Shown: positions 12,983 through 25,847 of the stretch, piece after piece
Layout: each line of letters opens with the position of its first letter
Numbering within the stretch: position 1 is the stretch's first letter
NCBI RefSeq assembly: GCF_021869535.1
Contig: NW_026262626.1
Coordinates: forward strand, 10,416,001 to 10,480,000
Source of the DNA: Mytilus californianus
Taxonomy: Eukaryota
DNA: 64,000 nucleotides
Reading direction: 5' to 3'
The notes under the pieces: generated by a model
Seen by the model: only the letters and a program-made list of their open reading frames with translations
What the model was told of the DNA's origin: nothing
The model's database searches: none
Position numbers and translations under genes: made by a program

Positions 12983-13834
12983 CTAAATAAGACTAAATAA
13001 ACAGCTGCGCCATGAGCCCATGATACGCCTGTCGTCTTGTGTGTGAATTTTTATGCAATAATCATAAATAGTTTCTGACATACTGCGTGACATGAGAAAA
13101 CCCCCCTTTTTTAAAAAAAAAACTCAATATCGCTAAAATAAAATTTTGAATCAAAACCAAAAAGTATACAGATCTTAAGATTAATATAACTAAGAAGTGT
13201 GTAAAATTTTAAGCAATAATCATACATCGTTTTTGAGATAAGGCGCGACATGTGAAAACCCCCCTTTTCAAAAAAAAAAAATCAATATCTCTAAAATAAA
13301 ATTTTGAATCAAAACCAAAAAGTATACAGATCTTAAGATTAATATAACTAAGAAGTGTGTAAAATTTTAAGCAATAATCATAAATCGTTTTTGAGATACA
13401 GCGCGACATGTGAAAAACCCCTCCCCCTTTTTTTACAAAATACTCAATAACTCAAAAATAAAATTTTGAATCATCACCAAAAAGTATACAGATCTTAAGA
13501 TTAATATAATTAAGAAGTGTGTAAAGTTTTCAGCAATAATCATAAATTGTTTTTGAGATACGGCGCGACATGTGAAAAAAAACCACACACCTGTTTTAGT
13601 TACTAAGTCCTGTAACTCAAAAAGTTTTAATCTTATTTTCACCAAAAAGTATACAGATCGTTTGACCATCACAAGAAACAACTATATTAAGTTTCATGAA
13701 ATTTGGATAAGTCGTTCTCAAGTTACGATGCGACATGTTTACGCCGGACAGACAGACCGATAGACGGATAGACGGACAGAAGACATTTGTATACCATAAT
13801 ACGTCCCGTCAAAATTTTGACGGGCGTATAAAAA
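12983..13834 (+). mobile_element. Helentron-type non-autonomous element (HINE/DINE-1-like) with ~160-bp internal tandem array
   Basis: Four units starting at 13085, 13243, 13401, 13563; (GACA/GACG) microsatellite; 3' hairpin CCCGTCAAAATTTTGACGGG followed by CGTATAAAAA. Confidence 0.8.
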
Positions 13835-13932
13835 ACTGGAAAATTACTTAAATGGGAATAATATTAGATCTGTATCACACTAAAGTAGTAAATATCAATA
13901 AAATGAAATAATTATCACTTGAAGGTCATTAC

Positions 13933-14062
13933 CATTACATTGTCTAGGAATTTCTGGGAGTTTTCTTGGCCTCTTGGGAATTTTAAAACCATTTGAACTT
14001 TGGCATCGTCTGTTGTTTGGTAAATACTTATGAATTGTTTTGTCTTGAGATTTGTCTAGATC
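13933..14062 (-). CDS. MAPK8IP1: JIP1-like scaffold, exon with RKLPEIP motif
   Basis: tttatttcag|GATCTA...GTAATG|gtaatg, 130 nt, phase 0-1, bridges the phase of the 15.3 kb and 6.5 kb exons; KIPKRPRKLPEIPR. Confidence 0.75.
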
Positions 14063-14561
14063 CTGAAATAAAGATAAAAATTTGCATTAATTTTAGTAGC
14101 ACTTCAAAACACCATCAAAAATGTTTTTCCAAAGTTATTCAATTTTACAGCATTTTTACGTCAGAATTGGTAATGTAATAGATGACATTCTACTTATTAT
14201 ATTAAGGAGCATAATGACTCACAAATCAACACATGATCTGTTAAATTTTGATAAATATATCGATTGGGACATAAAATAGTTGATTAGAAATCAGATATAC
14301 AATCTATAACGGAAAACATTTTCTTAAATGGAACATCCTACAATAACAACTGTTGGCATCCAGTGATCAAGGTCAGTCAAGTCAAAAGTATATCGTAATA
14401 ATATTGATAAATTACTTACTGACGTCAATTAGTTAATATTCAAGTAATATTTCAAGGGGGTATTCTTTAATGGACATATTTGTCGAATGGGACCAAATCA
14501 ATAATATATTTCTAAAACAGCAGAAAAAAATAAAATATGTGTGATTCATATAATAACAATG

Positions 14562-14773
14562 TACTGTGGATTCATTAAATTATTCGTTGGATACCAATTT
14601 TCGTGGATTTCGTGGGTACAGGTAATCCATGAATTTAAATGTTCAACAAATTATAGATTTTCTATAAAAATGTATGCAAACTTTAGCAAAACCACGAAAT
14701 CAAGTATCCACAAATGCAAGTGTTTCTTAATCCAAGAAAATTGCTACCCACGAAAATAAATGAATCCACTGTA
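14562..14773. mobile_element. Tc1/mariner-type MITE, TIR CTGTGGATTCATT, TA target
   Basis: TA|CTGTGGATTCATT...AATGAATCCACTG|TA; further copies at 9087-9290, 12581-12789, 35647-35844, partial 25975-26130. Confidence 0.8.
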
Positions 14774-15324
14774 CCTTATAAGGCAAAAAACTAGGTAGGA
14801 GATTATGGAAAAATATTACTGTTTCATTCTTTAAAAGAAATTATGTTGGCTTTCATGTTATTTGTTTTCATCATTCAGCAGAGCAGTTTATCATTGTAAT
14901 GTAATATAGTTGATTATACAGCAAGAAACATATGTATAATTCACCCTGCAATTAGCTATTGTACAAATAACAGGTATTCAAATAAATGTTTGCTTTATTG
15001 AGAGGGAACAGTAATGTTAAAAATTTCTGTTTACATCACAGTTTATTTTGTTGCTCTCTTCATGCTCCATGGTTTAGTCATGTCTATTTATATAAAAATC
15101 AAAGACTGATAAAAAGTTAAATGGAATAGTGTCACAATTAAATTGCTGGATAAAAACAATATATGAGCTCACTACTACTGAAACAGTGGAAACAGTGTTT
15201 CTAAAGCTAATATAAATAAATTTTATATGTACCAACAATGCACATATAGTTTTTTTTTATTTTGACCCTGAATCCCTTTATGTAGTTCTGTGTCTATTTA
15301 TGAAGTAAAACAACATAAACATAC

Positions 15325-15622
15325 CTCAGAAGTTACAGAACTTGTCCTTGCATCAGATTTATTTTCTTGGCATTCTAGATACTGTGAATTTATAACATTA
15401 TTTAATTTCTCTAGAGCTTTCTGTTGGGAAACCAGTATATCTTCTTTATGTTGGTACCCTAATTTATCCTCTGTTCTTTCAATGTGATTTTTAGGTCTAC
15501 ATCTGTCAACAGTTTTTTGTTTTGTTTGTGATAAGCATGAGAGTATATACTGTTGTTTGGCTGAGTAATCACTACCACCATCTTCTTCATATGCATTATC
15601 AGGGCTGATGTCATGAACAAGT
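15325..15622 (-). CDS. MAPK8IP1: JIP1-like scaffold, exon beginning (R)LVHDISP
   Basis: ttttttcag|ACTTGT...TCTGAG|gtatgt, 298 nt, phase 2-0; RLVHDISPDNAYEED resembles the vertebrate JIP1 N-terminal FRLTHDISLEEFEDED. Confidence 0.8.
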
Positions 15623-16150
15623 CTGAAAAAAGATAGAATTATCAGGGCTGATATCATGAACAAATCTGAAAAAAGAACAAATTTTTATCAGGGCTGGTAC
15701 CATGAACAGTCATGAAAAAGTCTGAAAAAAGAAAAAATATCAGGGCTGATTTCATGAAAAAGTCTGAAAAAAGAAAGAATTATCAGTGCTGGTATCATGA
15801 ACAAGTTGAAAAAAGTATGAATTATCAGGCCTGATATCATGAACATGTCTGACAAAAGATAGAATTATAAGGGTTTGTATCCTGAACAAGTCTAAAAAAT
15901 AAGGAATTATCAGGGCTGATATCATAAACATGTTCATTAAAGAAGGAATATTCATGGCTGATATCATGAACAAGTCTGAAGAAAATAATGAATTTTTAAG
16001 GGCTAATGTCATGAACAAGTCTGAAAAAAGTATGAATTATCAGGGCTGATATCATGATCAAGTCTGGAAAAAAGGAAGAATTATCAGGGATGATATCATG
16101 AACAAGTCTGAAAAAAGATAAATTATCAGAGCTAGTATCACAAACAAGTT
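15596..16150 (-). repeat. ~43-bp tandem array derived from the JIP1 intron/exon junction (resumes at 17160-17300)
   Basis: Unit CAGGGCTGATATCATGAACAAGTCTGAAAAAAGATAGAATTAT, about 12 copies plus about 3 beyond the HINE insertion. Confidence 0.9.
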
Positions 16151-17158
16151 TGAATAAAAGAACAGACTTCCAATGTCTACCGCATTGATCATATTTTATC
16201 TATCCAAGGTATAAGGGCAATAACTAAAAAAAAACACTTTTGTTTGTTCTTTATAACAATTATAAATATCTTAGAGAAATGAAGGCTTCAGAGCAAATGC
16301 AATTTTCCGTATAATCAATATTTCCAAGGGACATAACTCTTTTAAAAATAACTGATTGCATTGATTTTCATATTTGTCTGAAACATTGATAATACAAACC
16401 AATAAAATAAATTTCATAAAAATCTGGAAAGAATTGTACACATGAGATTGCTAACAATGCAATTTTCCATATAATCAATATTTCCAAGGGACATCACTCT
16501 TTTAAAAAAAATTGATCGGCACTGATTTTCACACTCCTCAAAAACGTATAATATAAATTTCACAAAAATCTGGCAAGAATTGTACACATTAGAGTGCTCT
16601 TAAGGCAATTTTCCATATAATAAATATTTCCATGGGGTATAACTCTTTTAAAAATAATTGATCGGCACTCATTTTCCAACTCATAAAAGATATTGCTGAT
16701 ATAAACCTATGATATAAGTTTCATAAATTTCTGGCAAGAATTTTACACATGAGAGCGCTAATATTGCATTTTTCATATAATCAATATTTCCAAGGGGTAT
16801 AACTCTTTTAAAAATAATTGATCAGCACTGATTTTCGAACTCGTCCAAGACATTGCTGCTATAAACCTTTGATATAAGTTTCATAAAAATCTGGAAAGAA
16901 TTGTACACATGAGAGCACTAATGATGCAATTATCCATATAATTAATGTTTCCAAGGGGCATAACTCTTTTAAAAATAATTGATCAGCACTGATTTTCGAA
17001 CTCATCCAAGACATTGCTAATATAAACCTATGATATAAGTTTCATTAAAATCTGGCAAGAACTGTACATGTCAGAGCGCTAACAAGACCGGACGGATGGA
17101 CGGACGGTCATCCGGTATTTCTATGTCCCCTGCAATGTGTTGCGCAGAAGACAAAAAA
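16150..17158 (+). mobile_element. HINE-like element with five ~150-160-bp units, inserted in the JIP1 acceptor array
   Basis: Repeated CAATTTTCC...AAGGG.CATAACTCTTTTAAAAA; (GGAC)n at ~17087-17107; imperfect terminal hairpin followed by an A-run. Confidence 0.7.
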
Positions 17159-17487
17159 AGAATGAACTATCAGGGCTTATGTAATGAATAAGTCTGAAAA
17201 AAAAAAGAATTATCAAAGCTGATTTCACGAAAAAAGTCTAAAAAAATAAAGAATAAATTATCAGGGCTGTTATCATGAACAAGTCTGAAAAAAAGAATGA
17301 ATGATATAAAAAAAGATGTACATGTTTGAATATTTATCATATCCAAGTAATTATCTACCTTGCTTTTCTATTCTTTATCAGTGAAGGAACCTTTAACCAT
17401 AACACACTAATCTGAACTGTACAATTTTTCTTCAAGAAAGGCAGACCAATAAAAAACCTTTAAGATACCAATTTAAGGACTATAAAA

Positions 17488-17860
17488 ATAAGCTGATGTG
17501 TTATGATTGCCAATGATACAACTATCTTCAAACTAAGTTCAAATGAAATGGATGTAAACAATTAGAATTTAGAGGCAATGGTACAGTCTTCAACGATGAG
17601 AAAAACCCATACGGTATAGTTGGCTATCAAAGGCCCTGACATGAAAAAATGTGAAAACTAACAGCCTAATTTATAACAAAACAACTTACGAAAAACAAAT
17701 ATGACAGACATGAACCAACGACAACAACTGAACTACAGGCTCCTGACTTGGGATAGGCACATAAAGAATGTGTGTGTGTGTGTGCAGGGCGGGGGGAGAT
17801 ATTTGTGAGAGCTCAACACTCCCCAAACCTGGGACAGTGGTGTAAAAATCAATTACTATG
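17488..17860 (-). mobile_element. Family B repeat copy
   Basis: GATGTGTTATGATTGCCAATGA...GTCTTCAACGATGAG...CCTGACTTGGGA. Confidence 0.7.
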
Positions 17861-18676
17861 GGCTTAACTCAAAAGATATGAGGCACAAAAACAACTAATA
17901 TAAAAACAATAGACACAAAGCACCGAAGAGTCAACATATTTCTTACGAAGTCGCTGGATCATTATGAAAAACAAAACGATACTGTACACAAATAAGATTC
18001 TACTGTGATTTCATTTTTGTCAAATTTCTGATGTGAATACAGCTGGAATTGCATACAGGTTGCTACATGTAGGCCCTGATGTTGGTGTATGTGCAAATAA
18101 CTGTTGTTCAAAAGAAACTCATCTAAAACAGTAAGTTATACCTGTAGCAGAGAGCTTCTTATTAAAGTAAAAAAAAACATATTATGCAAGGAATTTGGAA
18201 CTTCATTCCAGTTTAGAAGTTAAAAAATACAACTGACATATAATTTACTTTTCCCAAATGATCAATTATCAGGGCTTTAAAATAAGATAAATTTGAAATA
18301 TTTTCAAAGATTATTTATGAAATATTTTACAATTTCAGCTAGGCTACAGGCCTTGGAGTAAATTGCATAGACGGACTACTGACACCCCCCCCCCCCTTTT
18401 TCCCCCACTTTCCTATTTTTCATATTTAACCAAGCATGAGTAAAAGACATCCTCCCAGACAGTATGATTATATGAAACTGTAAGTCCCGGAAGAATTAAT
18501 TATAAATGCTATACATATATACATAATATTGTGAACCCAAATTTTCGCATATGAACATGTATATATGTAAATATTATGAAACAGTCATTGCAGGTATATA
18601 AATATGAACAATATGCTATCCTGATGGCAGACAACACACAATAAACATTACAAAATAAACAACAACATCAAAATAC

Positions 18677-18720
18677 CTGAATGTCAAGTCTGAATTCAGA
18701 GGTCTATGTAATCTTAACAT
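18677..18720 (-). CDS. MAPK8IP1: Candidate first coding exon of JIP1-like gene (MLRLHRPLNSDLTFR)
   Basis: ATG...ACATTCAG|gtattt, phase 2, joins to give TFR-LVHDIS; L.LH...FR resembles vertebrate LGLH...NFR. Confidence 0.5.
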
Positions 18721-20257
18721 AATTCCAAAATTAGACTATTAAAATGTTCAATGTTAAGCTAGTGTTATCCTTATTCCATCATTAAGTGTCATATGCTCTT
18801 TTCCTTGCATGAATTAAAATTTGTGTGTGGGCTGAAGCATCCATTGACGTCTACATAAGACAATATATTACAGAGACTAAATCAATAACCTTTACCATAT
18901 TCCTACTGGCTGGCTTCTCTGATTATGATAATTTGTAGAGAGAAATCAATATCATGTGATGTTAAAAGGAAAAATCTAATTGTTTTATTAAATCAGACTA
19001 TTTACTGTTCATTTAATGATTTATTTGATTATGACAACCTTAACAGGCCATGCTTTGTTAATTCATTGATGGATTTAGTGGAATATTAGTAAAACAAATC
19101 TGAATCAGCGAAATCCCACAGCATTTTTTTATTTGAACATATTAAGTGGAATTTTTTTTTTTATTACTTTTTCAAAGAGGAATTTTTCATGTTTTAAAAC
19201 TTTTATTGAAACCAAAATTTTGTTGGAATGAAATAATTATCATGTTTTGTGGTGAGTTATCTCCCCTTTTCCATTTGGGAAAGACTGTACAGTGTATATT
19301 GTATGATATTTTGATAAAAATTATTATTTTTTTTGGGGGGGTTAAAGATGAATAATCGAAACTAATACATGTATATAAAAGAAGATGTGGTATGATAGTC
19401 TGTTTGACCTCAATAAATCTTCAAAACTTATTCTAAAGTTTGAGTAAGTTAATTAACTGCCTATGTACAAATACATTGGAACCTGGACTAAAAGTATATA
19501 TTTCTGAAATTCTTTTGAGTAACTCAATCAAATATCAAATGATGTTAGATATGAGTCTAGAACTCTCTCAGTGTGTTTGTGGTAAAACTGGTTGCTTGTT
19601 TGCCATGAGTGCAGGTTGGATTCCAACTGGTTCAAATCAAAGGCTTTACTGGTAAAATACATGCCCTTGCACCTGACGTTTAGAAGACAGAAACAATTGT
19701 AGCAAGTAAAAACATTTTCAGATGGATTAAATAAGCCATTATTACCTTTGAGCAAGTAGGATATATACATCAATGTAACTTATACAAAGAAAAAAAACTT
19801 TTTTTTTCATCTAGCAGCTGCCTAGGAGCCAAACCTGCCATTGCTGCCAAATATGGAAAATTAACATATGCACTATGGAAATTTTCCCCTAAAATTTATG
19901 ACCTCAACCCAAAATTTAGTAGTCTTGGCTAGCGGGCCCCTATCAACCCTTTTTTCAAGCATTTTCATCCCATATTATCATGTTCATGTCCAGAACATGG
20001 CCTTAATATTGCCCACTGGATGCTAAACATTCATCTATGGGCAAGTTGAATCACTTGATTCAAATGTCATAGTAATTCACAAGTTATATTGAAATTAACA
20101 TACTAGTAGTTCTGCTTCTATTCAAATGTTTATGGATGTCATAGCTATAATGTTGTATAATATTAAATTGTTTATCAAGAAAAATGCCTCAGAAGCTTAT
20201 TAAACTATAATATTTAAGATGTGAATTTTGACCATACTTACTGCATTATAAACATAA

Positions 20258-20513
20258 GGGAACGACCATTTAACTTCAAGGGGGGGAGGTTTAGGGTTTT
20301 ATATGGTTTTTTCCTAAAAAAATATTCTGTCCCCAATTTGATGAAAAAAATATTGTGGTCAAGCAGACGACAAAAACAAATATTCTGAATCCAGATTTTC
20401 CTTATAGTGTAAAATTTTGAGAAAAATAATTTGATTAATAGCGTCGAAAAACTAAAAAAGAATTTTTTGACTTAAACCATAACCACCCCCCTTGAAGTTA
20501 AATGGTTGCTCCC
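20258..20513. mobile_element. PIF/Harbinger (Tourist-like) MITE
   Basis: TIR GGGAACGACCATTTAACTTCAAGGGGGG / CCCCCCTTGAAGTTAAATGGTTGCTCCC flanked by TAA on both sides. Confidence 0.85.
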
Positions 20514-21420
20514 TAAGAATTAAGATGTGGTACCGATTGCCAATGAGACAACTCTCTTCCAGAGACCAAATGGCAAAGTATAAGTAAAGCTGACAAAAGT
20601 AATCTTGAACAAAACTTTAAAATTTTTCTTTCCAATTTTCATCAATTTTCAAGAATACCAAATCATAAAGGAGGGTCTGGATGGTGTTTACAGAATACAG
20701 AATAATGAGCCAAGACTACAGAGAAATGGGCTAAAAAAAAAAAGAATGGAGAAAAATTGGCCAAAAATTAGAACAGAAATTAATGGGGTGCTAAAATATG
20801 AATAATAGAGAATAATGGCCAAAATAAAGAAAAAATTCATGAAAAATGGTCTGTTTAATAAAGAAATGAAGACACCACCCCCTTTTACAAAATGTGTACA
20901 TTAAATTCAGTGTGTTTGGAAAGTCATAAGCCTGATACATTATCTCTAAATCAACAAAATGGAAATAACACTTTGTAAATTTTGCCGAACTTTTCTGTGT
21001 AAAGATAATGATTTGAAGTTATGTCTGTTGAGATAAAAAAAGCATATAATAAAATTATATTTTAAATAAAAACAATTATCCAACTAGAACAGCTATATTA
21101 ATTGATGCATTTCAAAGAAGACATTTTTAAAATGGGATACCCACATAATAATAAACTAGACAAATATCATAAATCTGTGTTTCTATCTATCAAATCTGTA
21201 CTTATTGATATTTGTCAACCATTACAGTACATGAAAGAAATTTCTATAATCTTTAATTGTTTGATTTTTGGTGTATAATGCCACTTTCAGCGCTATTGGC
21301 TATTTCGTGGGGGCCAGTTTTTATTTGTGGCGGAAGCCAGAGGTGCCCATAGAGAACCAAAAGCTACCTACATTTGCGTGAATTTTAATTTTGACAGGTA
21401 TTACGTTTGCACAAATTTAC

Positions 21421-21539
21421 CTGTAATTTACCAGAGTTTTTACTTTTGTTTTAAACCTGATAAAAACATAATCAGAGAAGTCTTCATTCTTTGAACTGAA
21501 TTTTGTAATACAGACCTGCCAATTTTTGAAAATCCCCAT
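21421..21539 (-). CDS. MAPK8IP1: Alternative candidate first coding exon of JIP1-like gene (MGIFKNW...LVNYR)
   Basis: ATG-open 119 nt ending AATTACAG|gtaaat, phase 2, joins to give NYR-LVHDIS. Confidence 0.35.
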
Positions 21540-23452
21540 GGGGGTTTTAGTGTGTGACCAGACTTTTAAGGGTTACAATTTTTGCGGCATTTCTGTGCAC
21601 AGTTTTTTACTCTAGAAATAGTCTCATATCTCTTCTTTTTTCTTTTGGTATACTGATGATGAGCTTATAAGCCTTGTTTTCTATTATTTCTTGTACTTAT
21701 TAATTGGCAAAATAACTTAACTAATAGAGAAAAATGGTCTAAAAATTAAGAATACAAAATGAAGACACTCCCCCTTTTCCCCTCCAAAAACCTTTTAATC
21801 TTTACACCACTCAAAAGACCTAGATGTCCTATAGTAAGAAGAATTGAGACAGTTCTTGCGTTAGTAACCAGTTATGAGAAAATGGATAAAATTTGAGTTA
21901 TCTTTCTTTGAATTCAGAGGTGCTTATACACAGTAGAAGTGAATATTTTGGGGTTGATTTTAAATCAGAACTAGACAGAAACACGTCTGAGTTCAAAAAT
22001 TTTAACGGATTTCAACATAAACGGTGTTTCCTAATGAGTTCAGTCAGGAACATATATATTGACTTAGATATACTGTTCCCAGGTTCAGTACAGTTTTCGT
22101 CATTCAGTTAATTACTTTTTGTCATGAGACTACGGTAAACGTTGCAAATTGTGTTCATATGATAAATTGATGAAAATGCTAACTGACCGAATTTTACAAA
22201 TTAATTAATTTTAAGGATATTATGACCTATCAAATAAGAAGATTACCTATAACAACAAATTATGACACCTGTAGTGACCATTGATTAGCTGGGGTCGTAA
22301 ACTTGTCATAAACATGTCACCAGGTAAAATTATAGATTGATAGAAATTGATCAGAAAAACTTCAAAATTGGTAACCAACAAATTTTTCGGCCAGATTTTG
22401 TGAAAATCAGGATTTTGACTTGTTTTACAATCCCGCAAACGGGTTGAGGCATGAAAATTGGGATGATACTGACAAAATTGGGATAGTTGGCTGGTCGGGC
22501 CCCATCAAAAAAGAACATACTGGAAAGTAGTACAGATTTGAAACAAAATAGTTCCTATGCATAGGTGTAAATATAAATCTATGTAGAATATATTTTAGTA
22601 ATTAAGTCCTTGTTTGCACATTTCACAAGCAGGGGTAACTGTATTTTAAAATATGTAGTCACCTAACGGTTAACCTTGGCCTTGCAGTACAATTAGAATA
22701 ATTTGTTGTCTCTCAGGATTGTGCTCATATTTTTTCCTGTACTCAAAACTTACATTCAAGATCAGTTCTGATCTGTTATTTCCATAATTTCTTGGTTCAT
22801 CTCCAGCAAATCTCACCATTTATTTTATTTTGAACTCTATATCCTCACGTAAAGTATCTCCTCCGGATATCAAGGACTTAAAAAAATTCCATTGGTTGGT
22901 CTCAGAGATAGTAAACAACTACGTACTATGCTTTATTTCAAAAATCATGATTGTTTCAATTATGTTTTAATTATTTAATAAACGTTTTTACACTTTTGGT
23001 ATTTAGCTATATTCTGCCTCCGAATGACCTTAGATCTACTCCGAATCACCTTTTGACGTCAGGCAACAATCACTTTTTAATTGTGACGTCAAATGTTTTG
23101 AATTATGATGTCAAAGTTTACGGGAACCTGTGTGATTTTACGTAATGGCGGACAAATGTGCATACAAGTGTAAATACGTCTATTAATCCATATTAAAAAC
23201 ATAGTTAGTTTAAAATAGGTACATTTTGTGCAAATATATCGCAGTGAGAACACATGACCTTCGATAGGAAAACTGGCAATCCTTGACAATTAAGATCTAT
23301 TTGGAATGCACCTACTATGTAGGGGTTCGAACTCACAACCTCAATGTTGACAGGCTAGTGATTAAGAAGTATGAAAAAAAAAGAAACACCATAAAACTTC
23401 CCCCACTTTCAAAATTAAGTTGTTCCCCATGATGGATGTATTCTCTCAATTA

Positions 23453-23820
23453 CCTATTGTATTTCCTACTGTCTATATGCAAGCCTAGATCACAATGTAA
23501 GTTTAAGAACTTGTCGTTGCCGTAAAAGTTACTGGTAGAGTCTGAGACTAGAGTGTTTTGAGGTGGGTTTTTTTCTGGTTTTTGACTCGGTTTTTGGCTT
23601 TTGCAGACGAAAATTACGTCATGCCAAAAATGCAATTTTCTTATTTCATCCTATTAATTTTTTTAATCATAAGATGAAATAAATGTATAAAATATGTTTT
23701 ATCAGCAAATTCAAAATTTGTTAACTTTATCTTAATGTACAGCAATGAAAGCTTTGCGACATTGTTTCCGAGCAAATTGACGACTTACGGTAGTTAGTTC
23801 TCTCCGAAGGTCAACGAAAA
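23453..23820. promoter_or_regulatory. Probable bidirectional promoter region between JIP1-like and ATP5PB
   Basis: ATP5PB ATG at 23820; minus-strand donor ACAATAG|gtaatt at 23453 suggests a divergent 5'-UTR exon; locally CpG-richer. Confidence 0.45.
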
Positions 23821-23847
23821 TGCTGTCGAGACTAGCATTAAAATCAG
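23820..23847 (+). CDS. ATP5PB: ATP synthase F0 subunit b, exon 1 (MLSRLALKS)
   Basis: ATGCTGTCGAGA...TCAG|gtaatt; MLSR start typical of the subunit b presequence. Confidence 0.85.
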
Positions 23848-24467
23848 GTAATTGTCGAAAATTTTGAGTGTTTTTGTTGTCGACAGAATGCAAAACATTA
23901 CCTAATAGTTAACAGTATACGTTGAAATCGATAAAATTAACTATACGCAACTGAAAAACGCATATTGAGTGTGTCAAAATCTGAGCTCCAAAATCTTCCT
24001 ATTTTCTGTTGTAAAATATGCCGGTATGTTACTATATCTATATATTAACATAAAACAGGATTGAAACTAGTTTAGAATGCAACAAGTTTTTTAAATGGTC
24101 ACAAACTCTTATGGAAACTGATTGCAGTTCAACCTCGCTACGGGTTTTGAGACAAAATTATTAAACGGGCCAGGAATAACCATTAATTTGTGAATTATAT
24201 CTCAGTTGAGGTATAACCCACCATTTGACATGAATCCGGGTCCGTTTGCCCAAAATCTCCTTTGCTTCCATTCACGTTCGCCCCTTTTCAAAGGTTTTGT
24301 GTTGAATATGTTTTAACCTAGTATTAGTTAATGTATTCCTAAGAACAAAGATGATAATTTATTTCTATTGTTTTAAAATGAAGTGACATTCTAAAAACAT
24401 AAACAGGTTTCCTTTGTATCCAGCTAGCTAGTGGTATACTGTTAATTTTTAATGTGGATTTTTTCAG

Positions 24468-24498
24468 GTTCTGTTGGGAGGCTTTGTGTATTGCAGAG
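24468..24498 (+). CDS. ATP5PB: ATP synthase subunit b, exon 2
   Basis: tttttcag|GTTCTG...CAGAG|gtaagt, 31 nt, phase 1-2, keeps frame between exons 1 and 3. Confidence 0.8.
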
Positions 24499-24918
24499 GT
24501 AAGTGTAAAAGCATGGCATAACTAGATTTCCATGTAATGGAGAAGTACATGTATTGGTATTTCCTTAGTCAATTTATAATATTCTGATTGATCCCATCCT
24601 AAACAATATCATTGTAGTTTGAGTAATGTTCATGACCCAAAATTCCAACACACAAAACAAAACCATAAGCAAATTAACAACACAGTGCCACTTATTAATT
24701 TCAGAGTCACAGTAAGGCATTCAACATGATGATAAGCTTGCACAGTACATCACTGCAAGATCAAAGTGGTCTGTAAAATAGCACCAGCATGTGCTGAATT
24801 CTTTGCATAATGCTGATAATGCTACTACTGTGCATTGAAGATGTGAATATCAAAAAATTACAGATTATATTGCAGAGAAATATAACAAATACTGACAAAA
24901 CTAGAATTTAATTCCTTT

Positions 24919-25847
24919 CAGGCCTCTACAATAACTTTTTTTTCAACTTGCCCAATAGGACAAGTACACATCAAAACTTACTTGTCCGAATGAAATTGTA
25001 ACTTGTCCAAAAAAAAACACTTAATATTAACCTTTTTTGCATTTTAAGTTGATTCAATGAACATAAGAATAGAATTTGATTTATATCTCTTGATATCCTT
25101 TTCAAAAATATGAGTCGAGAACAACTGAATCAAGTCATGTCACAGGATTTAGGTTCTAGTTTTCATCAATGCCAAAGTCTCATCAGACTCTGCACATGAG
25201 GCACAGTCTGGTAGGCCTGTCAGTCTACACTCATTTGGTGTATCCTGGTCTTTCATGTTGTTAAAATATTGATTATTATGATTAATGCCTTACAACAAAC
25301 AGCTTTGTTTTTAATATATTATGGTCAATAATTTCTTCATTTTTTTATTTTTAAAAATATTTTTGTTAAATAAAATTTATCATATTTATTATAAGCAACA
25401 GAAAAAGGTAGGGAAATGAGGTACTGGTTGGCTTGGTATGAAATGTCTCCTACGGTGCCATACTGTCTATTAAACATGGAAGGATTGGTTTCCGTGCCGG
25501 TGCCGAACTGTCTTGTTACCTTATCTACAAAGGCATTCTTGATTTCATCTAAGACTGGTTTCCGAGAATATTACGCGTTTTATCTGTTATAAAGTATCTG
25601 TCAAAGAACCAGTTTTAAATTATCGATTGCAAGTAAACATGGTAAACATGTCAAATTAATATTTGTTTTTATCTTTTCTTGTTTTTTGTTTATTACTCAA
25701 TACTTTGTTCATCAAAGTTGGATTTAATTTATTTTCTACAAAATGATTTTACTTGTCCCGTCGGACAACCTTGATCTAGCTTTTACTTGTCCGACCTTTT
25801 TTTCCTCTGGTACCGGACAATCGGACAAGCGTTATTGTCGAGCCCTG
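24919..25847. mobile_element. Non-autonomous hAT-like DNA transposon with 5-bp TSD
   Basis: TIR CAGGCCTCTACAATAAC / GTTATTGTCGAGCCCTG, subterminal GGACAAG/CTTGTCC repeats, CCTTT on both flanks. Confidence 0.75.

Noticed and set aside
15752-16018. 88-aa ORF
   Set aside because: Translation of the 43-bp tandem array.
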